Assembly: GCA_020356105.1 (NCBI GenBank)
Contig: CP070634.1
Span: forward strand, 3,749,119 to 3,813,118
DNA length: 64,000 nt
Source of the DNA: Rhodospirillales bacterium
GTDB taxonomy: Bacteria; Pseudomonadota; Alphaproteobacteria; UBA8366; JADFVY01
Direction: 5' to 3'
The notes under the pieces are model-generated. The model made no database searches. It saw nothing but the letters and a program-made list of their open reading frames with translations, and had not been told where the DNA came from. The position numbers and the translations under genes are program-made. Below, one piece after another: positions 18,406-26,556 of the stretch; position 1 is the first letter of the stretch; each line of letters opens with the position of its first letter.

Positions 18406-18657
18406 ATGGACACACTCAAAGACATTGTCGAAGACGCGATGGGGGAGCTGAAGGAAACCCTGTCTGCGGAACAAGCCGAGCAGGTGGCGCGGGCGATCGA
18501 AAGGGCGATCATCCGCGGCGTGCTTGAGGGCCAACACCGGGCCGTCGACGCATGCAACGAATGCAGCGAGGCGGAACGGGACACCGCGCACAAGATCGCC
18601 GCCGCCATCCGGCGCAAGAATGACGCGCTGATCGTCAACCTGTCCAGCCTGCGCTGA
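18406..18657 (+). CDS. Hypothetical small helical protein (83 aa)
   Basis: ATG at 18406 preceded by ggggagaggaag. Codon usage looks like neighbouring genes. I recognise no family. Confidence 0.5.
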   Translation: MDTLKDIVEDAMGELKETLSAEQAEQVARAIERAIIRGVLEGQHRAVDACNECSEAERDTAHKIAAAIRRKNDALIVNLSSLR

Positions 18658-18820
18658 CGGTCCCGCGGCGCCCACCCGAAACAGGCGGTCCTCCGCCGGC
18701 GGCGAACACGCCGTCGGAAATGCGGATGCCAACGACGATACCCGATATCCGCGCTGCGGAACGACCGGTCGGGGCGACGGTGCGGAATGACCGAAAGGGC
18801 ATCGGCAGGAGACGTGCGCG

Positions 18821-18977
18821 ACGCGTGTCCTGATCGTCTATGCCCATCCGGAACCGCGGTGGTTGGATGCGGCGATAAAAGGGCGCGCCTTCGTCAATTC
18901 GGCGGAAACGGGCTGGACCGCCGAAGTCGCCGATCGGCCCGCCATGGCGTTCGATCCGGTCGCGCCGATGCCACCGC
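18821..18977 (+). pseudogene. N-terminal fragment of a flavodoxin-like-fold NAD(P)H dehydrogenase (quinone) gene
   Basis: The frame reads T-R-VLIVYAHPEPRWLDAAIKGRAFVNSAETGWTAEVADRPAMAFDPVAPM. This matches the conserved N-terminus (M..ILIVYAHPEP....LYAM.F.PV) of this family. ACG sits where ATG is expected, after aggaga. Only ~50 codons remain before the 3' end of the convergent OMP gene. Confidence 0.5.
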
Positions 18978-19778
18978 TTAGTTTGCGAACTGCATGTTCA
19001 GGCCAAAGAATATCTGCCACTCAGGCTGGCCGAATCCTTCGTCAGCGATCGATACCTGCGGCTCAATGAACAGGTTGAATACCGTCGCGTCCCGGCGGAA
19101 GACCTTGCCGATGCCGAGCCCGATCGGCACGCTGTAGTCGCCGTTCTCGAAATTGTAGGTCCAGATCGGCGCGCTGCGAAGGTAGGTTCCGTTTCCCAGC
19201 TGGTAGAAGGCGAAGGGCTGCAGCGCGCCAAGATTGACGTCCTCTCGGCTGCTCTCGCCGGCGAAGCTGGCCAGCCAGGTCAACAGATAGCCATACTGGA
19301 ACTTCGGCGACCTGGCATCGAACAGTACGTTGGCGATGCCGGCCGACCATTTCTCGGACCCGAGGGCACGCTTCGTTGCGGTCGGGACGGTGAGCGTCGG
19401 GCCAAGCCCGAAGCTGATGGCCGGGCTGGCGGTGTCGAACAGGTAAGCGGCAAACACGTTCGTGTCGCCTAGCCCGGTTTCGCTGCCAGAGGTGGGCGAG
19501 GTCGGGAACGTGTTTATCGGCACCGACAGCCGCATCAACCAGTCGGTCTCGCGGACCGAAAACGGCTGCGCATAGCGGAGCCAGAACTGGTTGGCAGTCT
19601 CGCTGGTGCCGCTCAACTCGCCGATATAGTAGTCCTGCAGGTTCAGCGCCCTGAAATTGGCGAGGGGGTTGTTGGCCTGTGCGGTGTCGATATCGTCTTG
19701 CGCCTTTGCGACATGCGCCCCCGCGATCCCCGTCAAGACCACAGCAAGCGTCAGGATCCGGAGCTTTCTGTGTTGCAT
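18978..19778 (-). CDS. Putative outer-membrane beta-barrel transporter (MetA/phenol-degradation-like family)
   Basis: ATG at 19778 after aggaggagg. It has a signal peptide ([26 protein letters not shown]), beta-strand-rich sequence and a C-terminal ..GLNMQFAN. The track ORF (19982) is 5'-extended. Confidence 0.6.
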   Translation of the reverse strand: MQHRKLRILTLAVVLTGIAGAHVAKAQDDIDTAQANNPLANFRALNLQDYYIGELSGTSETANQFWLRYAQPFSVRETDWLMRLSVPINTFPTSPTSGSETGLGDTNVFAAYLFDTASPAISFGLGPTLTVPTATKRALGSEKWSAGIANVLFDARSPKFQYGYLLTWLASFAGESSREDVNLGALQPFAFYQLGNGTYLRSAPIWTYNFENGDYSVPIGLGIGKVFRRDATVFNLFIEPQVSIADEGFGQPEWQIFFGLNMQFAN

Positions 19779-20098
19779 GGATTGCCTCCTCCTTGTTGCC
19801 CGGGCCGGTCGCGGACCCCACCGAATCGACGATCCTGCCGACCGTCGCTGTGTAACGCTTTTGGGACCGGCGGGCAATTCCGCAGCAGATCGGAAGGCCG
19901 CACGGTATGTCATGTCCTGCCGCACCCGGCGGTGCGGTTCGACTGCGGAACCGGCAAGACGCGAGCTCGCGAACGCTGGCATCCGTTTTGAAGAAAGGCC
20001 TCGGGTTTATGTCAAAAAGAAGGCGCTCCGGAATTTCGCGGGCCCGTCCCAAATTGACGCCGCGATCGATGCAAAGAGATGGTGGTTGGCTCCCAGCG

Positions 20099-21097
20099 CT
20101 AAAGCACAATCACCAACAGGGCCGGCAGCGTGACGAACGAGATGGCGGTCGAGACCAGCACCAGCCCGGCGATCTCTTCCGGCGAACGGTCGTAGCGAGC
20201 CGCGAAGAGATAGTTGAGCACCGCGACCGGCATCGCCGATTCGAGGATCAGGACACCCCGCGCTGCGCCTTCGAGGCCCAGAATCTCGGCGAGCGCGAGC
20301 CCGACCGCGAGGCCGAGCCCGAGCCGGCCCAGTGACAGGCCGACGCTCCGCCACAGGCTGGCGACTTTCAGCTTCGCCAGGGCGACGCCGAGGGTGAGCA
20401 GCATCATCGGGATGGCAAGATCCCCGATCAACCCGATGGTATTCGCGAGCCAGTCCGGCAGCGTACCGCCGACGAGCTGCAGGCCGATGCCGACGAGGCA
20501 GGCCCAGGCGAGCGGCGTGCGGACAAGCGTGCGGACCGACAGGTGGCCGGCCGCAACCGAGATGCCAAGCGTGAACTGGATTGCCACGAACACGGTAAAG
20601 AATATGATGCCGAGCGCCAGCCCCTCATCGCCGAATGCGAACAGGCAGAGCGGCAGGCCCATATTGCCGACATTGCCGAATACGAGAGGTGGCCAGTACA
20701 CCGGCAGCTTCTGGTCGGCGGCCCGCAGCGCGATCGCGGCGATGGCGCCGGTGACAAGCACCGTCAGCGCGCCCGCCAATGCCATCTGCGAGAACGCGTT
20801 TGGGTCGATCTCGAGCTGAGCGAGGGTGGCGATTATCAGACACGGAAAGGAGAGATTGGAGACCAGGGTTGTCGTGAACTCGGTATCGAACGGCATGCCG
20901 GCACGCGCCCAGCCGAACCCGATTGCGGCGACGATGAACACGGGCGCGACAATCGGCGCGATGATAACCAGAAGCTCGGCCAAGCCTTGCGTCTCCGGGC
21001 GGTGAGCTGGGCCTCCCTCCAGGGGGCGCCGGACAGCAGTTCCTATCACGGTGGCGCGGGCGATGCCAGAATGCTGCGGCGCGCGGGACGCCGTCAT
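20099..21097 (-). CDS. AEC (auxin efflux carrier) family permease
   Basis: About 10 hydrophobic helices and AEC-like repeats. The true start may be the TTG at 20983 (MAELLVIIAPIVAPVF..), which has ggaga upstream. Confidence 0.8.
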   Translation of the reverse strand: MTASRAPQHSGIARATVIGTAVRRPLEGGPAHRPETQGLAELLVIIAPIVAPVFIVAAIGFGWARAGMPFDTEFTTTLVSNLSFPCLIIATLAQLEIDPNAFSQMALAGALTVLVTGAIAAIALRAADQKLPVYWPPLVFGNVGNMGLPLCLFAFGDEGLALGIIFFTVFVAIQFTLGISVAAGHLSVRTLVRTPLAWACLVGIGLQLVGGTLPDWLANTIGLIGDLAIPMMLLTLGVALAKLKVASLWRSVGLSLGRLGLGLAVGLALAEILGLEGAARGVLILESAMPVAVLNYLFAARYDRSPEEIAGLVLVSTAISFVTLPALLVIVL

Positions 21098-21132
21098 TGA
21101 CTTGGGCGACGGCCCGCCGCACTGTCTGCGTC

Positions 21133-21552
21133 ATGATCACGATTCATGCGACGACGGTTGCCATCGACGGGGCCGGGGTGATCCTCCGCGGTGCCTCGGG
21201 GAGCGGCAAGTCGGATCTTGCAATCCGGCTGATCCATGACGGTGCGCAGCTCGTGGCCGACGACCAGACCGTGCTGTATGTCGAGCACGGCCGCCTGATG
21301 GCCCAGCCGCCGGCCGAGATCGCCGGCAAGATGGAGGTGCGCGGCGTCGGTATCGTGAGGCTTGGGCCGCCGGCGGTCGCGCCGGTCGCACTTGTCATCG
21401 ATATGGTCGATATCCATGACGTTCCCCGGCTGCAGGAGTTTGAGACGATCGAGCTGATCGGGCATTCGGTCCCGCGGATCTACCTCGCGCCGTTCGAGCT
21501 GTCGGCCGCCGCCAAGGTCCGACTGGCGTTGCGCGCACTGCGGGAGTCATGA
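21133..21552 (+). CDS. hprK: Short HPr kinase/phosphorylase (C-terminal catalytic domain only)
   Basis: ATG at 21133. Contains P-loop GASGSGKSDLA and KMEVRGVGIV. The length of ~139 aa is as in alphaproteobacterial truncated HprK. Confidence 0.85.
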   Translation: MITIHATTVAIDGAGVILRGASGSGKSDLAIRLIHDGAQLVADDQTVLYVEHGRLMAQPPAEIAGKMEVRGVGIVRLGPPAVAPVALVIDMVDIHDVPRLQEFETIELIGHSVPRIYLAPFELSAAAKVRLALRALRES

Positions 21553-21555
21553 GCC

Positions 21556-22485
21556 TTGGCGAGGGGCGGCGACGAAACACCGGCCCGGCCCGCGGCGCAA
21601 TTGGCGACGGATCCGCGGATTGTCGTGATCACCGGGATGTCGGGCGCAGGCCGGTCCACGGCGCTCAAGGCGCTTGAAGATATCGGCTACGAAGCGGTCG
21701 ACAATTTGCCGTTATCCTTGTTCGAGGTCGTCGCCGCGCGCGCGCCGGGGGGATCCGGTGCGCTTGCGGTCGGTATCGACATCCGGACGCGCGATTTCGA
21801 TGTTCCGGCCCTGCTCGAAACGTTGCAGCGCCTGTCGGCGGCGGGCGAGGCGGGACGTATCGTTTCGGTCTTTCTCGACTGCGGCGATGACGAACTCGTC
21901 CGGCGATTCACCGAGACCAGGCGGCGGCATCCACTGGCGGCCGACCGACCGGTGATGGACGGTCTCCGCCTCGAGCGACGCATGCTGGGGCCGCTTCTCG
22001 AGCGCGCGGACGTGGTCATCGACACCTCGCTGATCGCGCCCGGGGCTCTGAAAGAGGAGATGGGGCGGCGTTTCGGGCTCGAGCGGACGCCCGGGTTGGC
22101 GCTGATGGTCGTATCGTTTTCCTATCGGCATGGCTTGCCGCGCGATGCCGATCTTGTATTCGATGCGCGGTTCCTGGCCAATCCGCATTACGACCCGAAG
22201 CTGCGCGAAAAGACAGGGCGTGATCCGGCGGTTGGCGCGGCGATCATTGCCGACCCTGATTTCGAGGTGTTCCTGGACGGCATCTTCTCGTTGCTCACCT
22301 TGCTGTTGCCCCGCTATGAGAAGGAAGGGAAGAGCTATCTGACGATCGCAGTCGGGTGCACCGGCGGCCGGCATCGCTCGGTCTATGTCGCCGAGCGCCT
22401 CTCGGAAAGGCTTGCATCGAGTGGGCGCCGCGTGCATTTAACCCACCGCGACGTCGAACGCGATGCCAGCAGGGACCTCCGCTGA
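21556..22485 (+). CDS. rapZ: RNase adapter / nucleotide-binding protein RapZ
   Basis: Contains P-loop ITGMSGAGRSTALKALEDIGYEAVDNLP and the C-terminal motif AVGCTGGRHRSV. The TTG start at 21556 follows gggag; TTG at 21601 is an alternative. Confidence 0.9.
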   Translation: MARGGDETPARPAAQLATDPRIVVITGMSGAGRSTALKALEDIGYEAVDNLPLSLFEVVAARAPGGSGALAVGIDIRTRDFDVPALLETLQRLSAAGEAGRIVSVFLDCGDDELVRRFTETRRRHPLAADRPVMDGLRLERRMLGPLLERADVVIDTSLIAPGALKEEMGRRFGLERTPGLALMVVSFSYRHGLPRDADLVFDARFLANPHYDPKLREKTGRDPAVGAAIIADPDFEVFLDGIFSLLTLLLPRYEKEGKSYLTIAVGCTGGRHRSVYVAERLSERLASSGRRVHLTHRDVERDASRDLR

Positions 22486-22513
22486 CCGGTTTGTGCCACC
22501 GAGGGATACAGTG

Positions 22514-22921
22514 ATGATTGGAATGGTCCTGGTGACCCATGGCAGGCTTGCGGCCGAATTCATCGACGCGCTGGAGCACATTCTCGGACCCCAGGAAAAG
22601 GTTGCGGCGATTTGCATCGGCCCCGATGACGACATGGAACAGCGGCGCGACGACATTCTCAGATCCGTAGCGGATGTGGACGACGGCGATGGGGTGGTTC
22701 TGTTGACCGACATGTTCGGCGGGACACCGTCCAACCTCGCGATCTCGATCATGAAGGAAGCGAAGGTTGAGGTGATTGCCGGCGTCAACCTGCCCATGCT
22801 GATCAAGCTGTCGGATATGCGCGACGGCCACTCGTTGGCCGAGGCCGTCGAGCAGGCGCAGGAATCGGGCCGAAAATACATCAATGTCGCGTCGAGACTG
22901 CTGGGAGAAAAGGGCGGATGA
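22514..22921 (+). CDS. PTS EIIA component, mannose family (ManX/PtsM-like)
   Basis: MIGMVLVTHGRLAAEF...LLTDMFGGTPSN is the EIIA-Man signature, including the active-site His. RBS gaggga lies before the ATG at 22514. Confidence 0.85.
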   Translation: MIGMVLVTHGRLAAEFIDALEHILGPQEKVAAICIGPDDDMEQRRDDILRSVADVDDGDGVVLLTDMFGGTPSNLAISIMKEAKVEVIAGVNLPMLIKLSDMRDGHSLAEAVEQAQESGRKYINVASRLLGEKGG

Positions 22922-23193
22922 CGGCGCTCGCGGTCCGTCAGGTCACGATCGTGAACCGACGGGGCCTGCATGCCAGAGCCGCCGCCCAGTTCGTCAAGCT
23001 CGCCGGTGAGTTCGATGCGGACATAACGGTCGCCAAGGATGGGACCGAGGTATCCGGGCTCTCGATCATGGGGCTGATGATGCTGGCCGCTGCGCCGGGC
23101 ACGTCGATCGAGGTACGGGCGCGCGGCGGACAGGCGCAAGAGGCGATCGCCGCGATTGCGGCGCTGATCGCCAGTGGATTCGATGAGGACTGA
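22918..23193 (+). CDS. HPr-family phosphocarrier protein (NPr/PtsO-like)
   Basis: 91-aa ORF. IVNRRGLHARAAAQFV contains the phosphorylatable His, and GLSIMGLMML the Ser region. Its ATG overlaps the EIIA stop. Confidence 0.9.
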   Translation: MTALAVRQVTIVNRRGLHARAAAQFVKLAGEFDADITVAKDGTEVSGLSIMGLMMLAAAPGTSIEVRARGGQAQEAIAAIAALIASGFDED

Positions 23194-24958
23194 ACAAAAA
23201 AAGGGAGACAAGGGCGAGCGCGTGTTCACGGGCGTAGTGGGAGCGGCGGGCGTCGCCATCGGCTCCGCGCATGTGTGCGAGACGGGTGCCCTGCAGGTGC
23301 CCGAGTATCGCGTCCCTAAATCCAAGATCGCCGCCGAGGTCAAGCGGTTCCAGTCGGCGCTGCAGCGTTCGCAAAGGCAACTGACGAAGCTCAAAACCAA
23401 GTCGCAGTCGCTGCGCGACGCGGCCGCCGAGGAAATCGGCTATCTGCTCGACGCCCATCTGTTGATGTTGACCGGCTCGCGCCTGGTGCGCGGCGTTGAG
23501 GAAACCATCGCCACCAAGGGGATCAACGCGGAGGCGGCGGTTCTGTCCGTCATATCCGAAGTTGCGCGCGGCTTCGAGTCGCTGCCGGATCCTTATATGG
23601 CGGCGCGCGCCGATGACGTGCGCGAGGTTGGTGCCCGGCTCGTTCGGAACCTCACGGAAACGCCCTTTCAGGGTTTCTCGCATCTGCAGCCGGGCACGAT
23701 CCTCATCGCCGAGGAACTGAGTCCCGCCGATGCGGCGCTGATCGACCCGGCCACGGTCGGGGGATTTGCGACAGTTCTCGGCGGTGCCGAGGGACACACC
23801 GCGATCATGGCGCGATCGTTTGGCATTCCGGCGGTTTTCGGGGCGTCTGGTCTCATCGGCGGGGTCAAGACCGGTGAGACGGTCATCGTCGACGGAACGT
23901 CGGGCCGGATTATCGTCTCGCCTGCCCGTGAGACGCTGAAGGATTACGAAGCGCGTCGCCAGGCGCTGCTGCGCGAGCGGCGTCAACTTGACCGGCTGAC
24001 CAACCTGCCGTCGCAGACGGTCGATGGCACCCGGATCGGCCTGCAGGCCAATCTGGAGTTGCCGCGTGAGGTCGATTCGGCCCTGGCCATGGGCGCCGAG
24101 GGCATTGGCCTGCTGCGCACCGAGTTCATGTTCATGAACCGCGATACCCCGCCGGACGAGGACGAGCAGTATGAATCTCTTGCGGCACTGGTGGCTGCGA
24201 TGGGCGGCCGGCCGATCACCGTGAGGACCCTCGATGTGGGCGGTGAGAAGCTGGCCTATTCCTTGGGAGAACATCTCGGTGAACCCGTCAACCCGGCGCT
24301 CGGGCTGCGTGCGATCCGACTGTCCCTGAAGCAAAGGAAGCTGTTCGAGGCGCAGCTTGCGGCCATATTGCGGGCTGGCGCGCACGGTCCGCTTCGCATC
24401 CTTCTGCCGCTGATTGCCAGCACCAGCGAGATCCGCCAGGTGCGCGAAATCATGGGGCGGGTCAGTCGCCGCCTGAAGCGACGCAAGGTGGCGATCGCGG
24501 ATCCATTGCCCCCGCTCGGTGTCATGATTGAAGTGCCGGGCGCGGCGTTGGCAGCGGATGCCCTGGCGGCGCATGCCGATTTCTTCGCCATAGGTACCAA
24601 CGATCTGACCATGTATACGTTGGCGATCGACCGCGCCGATGAGCAGGTAGCGCATCTCTACAATCCGCTGCATCCGGGAGTCCTGCGTTTGATCCAGTTT
24701 GCCGTTCAGGCCGGACTGCGGGCCCGCATTCCCGTCAGCGTCTGCGGGGAGATCGCCGGAGACCCGCGCTACACAGCACTCTTGCTGGGACTTGGCGTAC
24801 GCGATTTGTCGATGGCATCGCCGTGTCTCGCGCGCATCAAGCAGCGAATCCGGCAGATCGATATTGCGGCCGCGAGCATGCGAGCCGAGATCATCATGTC
24901 ACAGGCCGATACGGGCCGAATCGCCGCGCTGCTCGACGATTTCAACGCGTTGGCCTGA
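23174..24958 (+). CDS. ptsI: Phosphoenolpyruvate-protein phosphotransferase (Enzyme I, no GAF domain)
   Basis: Contains [26 protein letters not shown] (active-site His) and a C-terminal PEP-utilising domain ([18 protein letters not shown]). The start is either GTG 23174 or ATG 23183. Confidence 0.9.
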   Translation: MDSMRTEQKKGDKGERVFTGVVGAAGVAIGSAHVCETGALQVPEYRVPKSKIAAEVKRFQSALQRSQRQLTKLKTKSQSLRDAAAEEIGYLLDAHLLMLTGSRLVRGVEETIATKGINAEAAVLSVISEVARGFESLPDPYMAARADDVREVGARLVRNLTETPFQGFSHLQPGTILIAEELSPADAALIDPATVGGFATVLGGAEGHTAIMARSFGIPAVFGASGLIGGVKTGETVIVDGTSGRIIVSPARETLKDYEARRQALLRERRQLDRLTNLPSQTVDGTRIGLQANLELPREVDSALAMGAEGIGLLRTEFMFMNRDTPPDEDEQYESLAALVAAMGGRPITVRTLDVGGEKLAYSLGEHLGEPVNPALGLRAIRLSLKQRKLFEAQLAAILRAGAHGPLRILLPLIASTSEIRQVREIMGRVSRRLKRRKVAIADPLPPLGVMIEVPGAALAADALAAHADFFAIGTNDLTMYTLAIDRADEQVAHLYNPLHPGVLRLIQFAVQAGLRARIPVSVCGEIAGDPRYTALLLGLGVRDLSMASPCLARIKQRIRQIDIAAASMRAEIIMSQADTGRIAALLDDFNALA

Positions 24959-25009
24959 TTCGGAGCGCGACTTGGAGCGCGGTTCGATCGCGGACAACAC
25001 ATGCAACAT

Positions 25010-25025
25010 ATAAAGATATCTTTAT
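25010..25025. promoter_or_regulatory. 16-bp perfect AT-rich palindrome ATAAAGATATCTTTAT upstream of ahcY
   Basis: Seen directly in the sequence. It lies just upstream of promoter-like hexamers TTGCAA (25033) -N16- TTATAC (25055). Confidence 0.4.
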
Positions 25026-25098
25026 GTTCTGCTTGCAATGCCGAGATGGCACTGTTATACGGCAGCCCGCCCGTCTTCAGCTTTCAGGGGAACTCGCG

Positions 25099-26499
25099 AT
25101 GAACAGCGCCCAGAATTACGTCGTCAAGGACATCGAACTGGCGGATTGGGGCCGCAAGGAACTCGACATCGCCGAAACCGAGATGCCCGGCCTGATGGCG
25201 CTCCGAGAGGAGTATGGCGCCGCGCAACCGTTGAAGGGGGCGCGCATTGCGGGCTCGCTCCACATGACGATCCAGACCGGCGTGCTGATTGATACCCTCA
25301 AGACGCTTGGTGCGGATGTGCGCTGGGCGTCGTGCAACATCTATTCGACCCAGGACCACGCGGCGGCAGCCATGGCGATGAGCGGAACGCCGGTTTTCGC
25401 GGTCAAGGGAGAGACGCTGGACGAGTACTGGGACTACACCCATCGGATTTTTGAATGGGCGGATGGCGGCGCGCCAAACATGATTCTCGATGACGGCGGC
25501 GATGCGACGCTGCTGCTGCATCTTGGCATGCGGGCGGAATCGGACGCAGCGGCAATCGCCAATCCGACCAATGAGGAAGAAGAGGCCCTGTTCGCGGCGA
25601 TCACGCGCCGCCTGAAGGACCGTCCCGGCTGGTATGCCGAAACCGCGCGCGGTATTCGCGGCGTGACAGAAGAGACGACCACCGGGGTGCATCGCCTTTA
25701 CGAGATGGCGAAGAGCGGAACGCTGATGTTTCCCGCGATCAACGTCAACGATTCGGTGACCAAGTCGAAATTCGATAACAAGTACGGTTGCCGCGAAAGC
25801 CTGGTGGACGGGATCCGCCGGGCCACCGACGTGATGATGGCGGGGAAGGTCGCCGTTGTGGCGGGATACGGCGATGTCGGCAAGGGCTCGGCGGAATCGC
25901 TGCGGAATGCGGGTTGCCGCGTCATGGTAACGGAAATCGATCCGATCTGCGCCTTGCAGGCGGCAATGGAGGGGTTCGAGGTCGTCACCATGGAAACGGC
26001 GGCGCCGCGCGGCGATATATTCGTCACCTCGACGGGCAACGTCGACGTCATCACGGTCGACCACATGCGGGCCATGAAGGATCGCGCGATCGTCTGCAAC
26101 ATTGGGCATTTCGATTCCGAAATCCAGGTGGCCGGGTTGCGCAATTTCAAATGGTCGAACATCAAGCCGCAGGTCGACGAGATCGAGTTTCCCGACGGCA
26201 AGCGGATCATCCTTCTGGCCGAAGGTCGGCTCGTGAACCTCGGCTGCGCGACCGGACATCCGAGCTTCGTGATGAGCGCCAGCTTCACCAACCAGGTGTT
26301 GGCGCAGATCGAGTTGTGGCAGCACCCCGACAAATACGACCGGCAGGTGTATGTGCTTCCAAAGCATCTTGACGAAAAGGTTGCGACCCTGCACCTCTCA
26401 AAGCTCGGGGTCGAGCTGACCAGCCTGTCGCGGGCGCAGGCGGACTATATCGGTGTTCCGGTCGAGGGCCCGTTCAAGCCGGAGCAGTACAGATATTGA
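25099..26499 (+). CDS. ahcY: Adenosylhomocysteinase
   Basis: ATG at 25099. [33 protein letters not shown] and the NAD site [12 protein letters not shown] are both present. The length is 466 aa. Confidence 0.95.
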   Translation: MNSAQNYVVKDIELADWGRKELDIAETEMPGLMALREEYGAAQPLKGARIAGSLHMTIQTGVLIDTLKTLGADVRWASCNIYSTQDHAAAAMAMSGTPVFAVKGETLDEYWDYTHRIFEWADGGAPNMILDDGGDATLLLHLGMRAESDAAAIANPTNEEEEALFAAITRRLKDRPGWYAETARGIRGVTEETTTGVHRLYEMAKSGTLMFPAINVNDSVTKSKFDNKYGCRESLVDGIRRATDVMMAGKVAVVAGYGDVGKGSAESLRNAGCRVMVTEIDPICALQAAMEGFEVVTMETAAPRGDIFVTSTGNVDVITVDHMRAMKDRAIVCNIGHFDSEIQVAGLRNFKWSNIKPQVDEIEFPDGKRIILLAEGRLVNLGCATGHPSFVMSASFTNQVLAQIELWQHPDKYDRQVYVLPKHLDEKVATLHLSKLGVELTSLSRAQADYIGVPVEGPFKPEQYRY

Positions 26500-26556
26500 A
26501 ATCGTCCGCGCATCGGTGCGCTTGTGTGCGATGACCTGCTTACCTAAACTGCGGGC

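Noticed and set aside
24959-25098. SAH riboswitch in the ahcY leader.
   Set aside because: The conserved SAH-element cores (GAGGAGCGCUGC..AGGCUCGG..CAACGGCGCUCAC) are not present. Only a direct repeat GGAGCGCG and the AT palindrome are seen. This needs cmsearch to be definitive.
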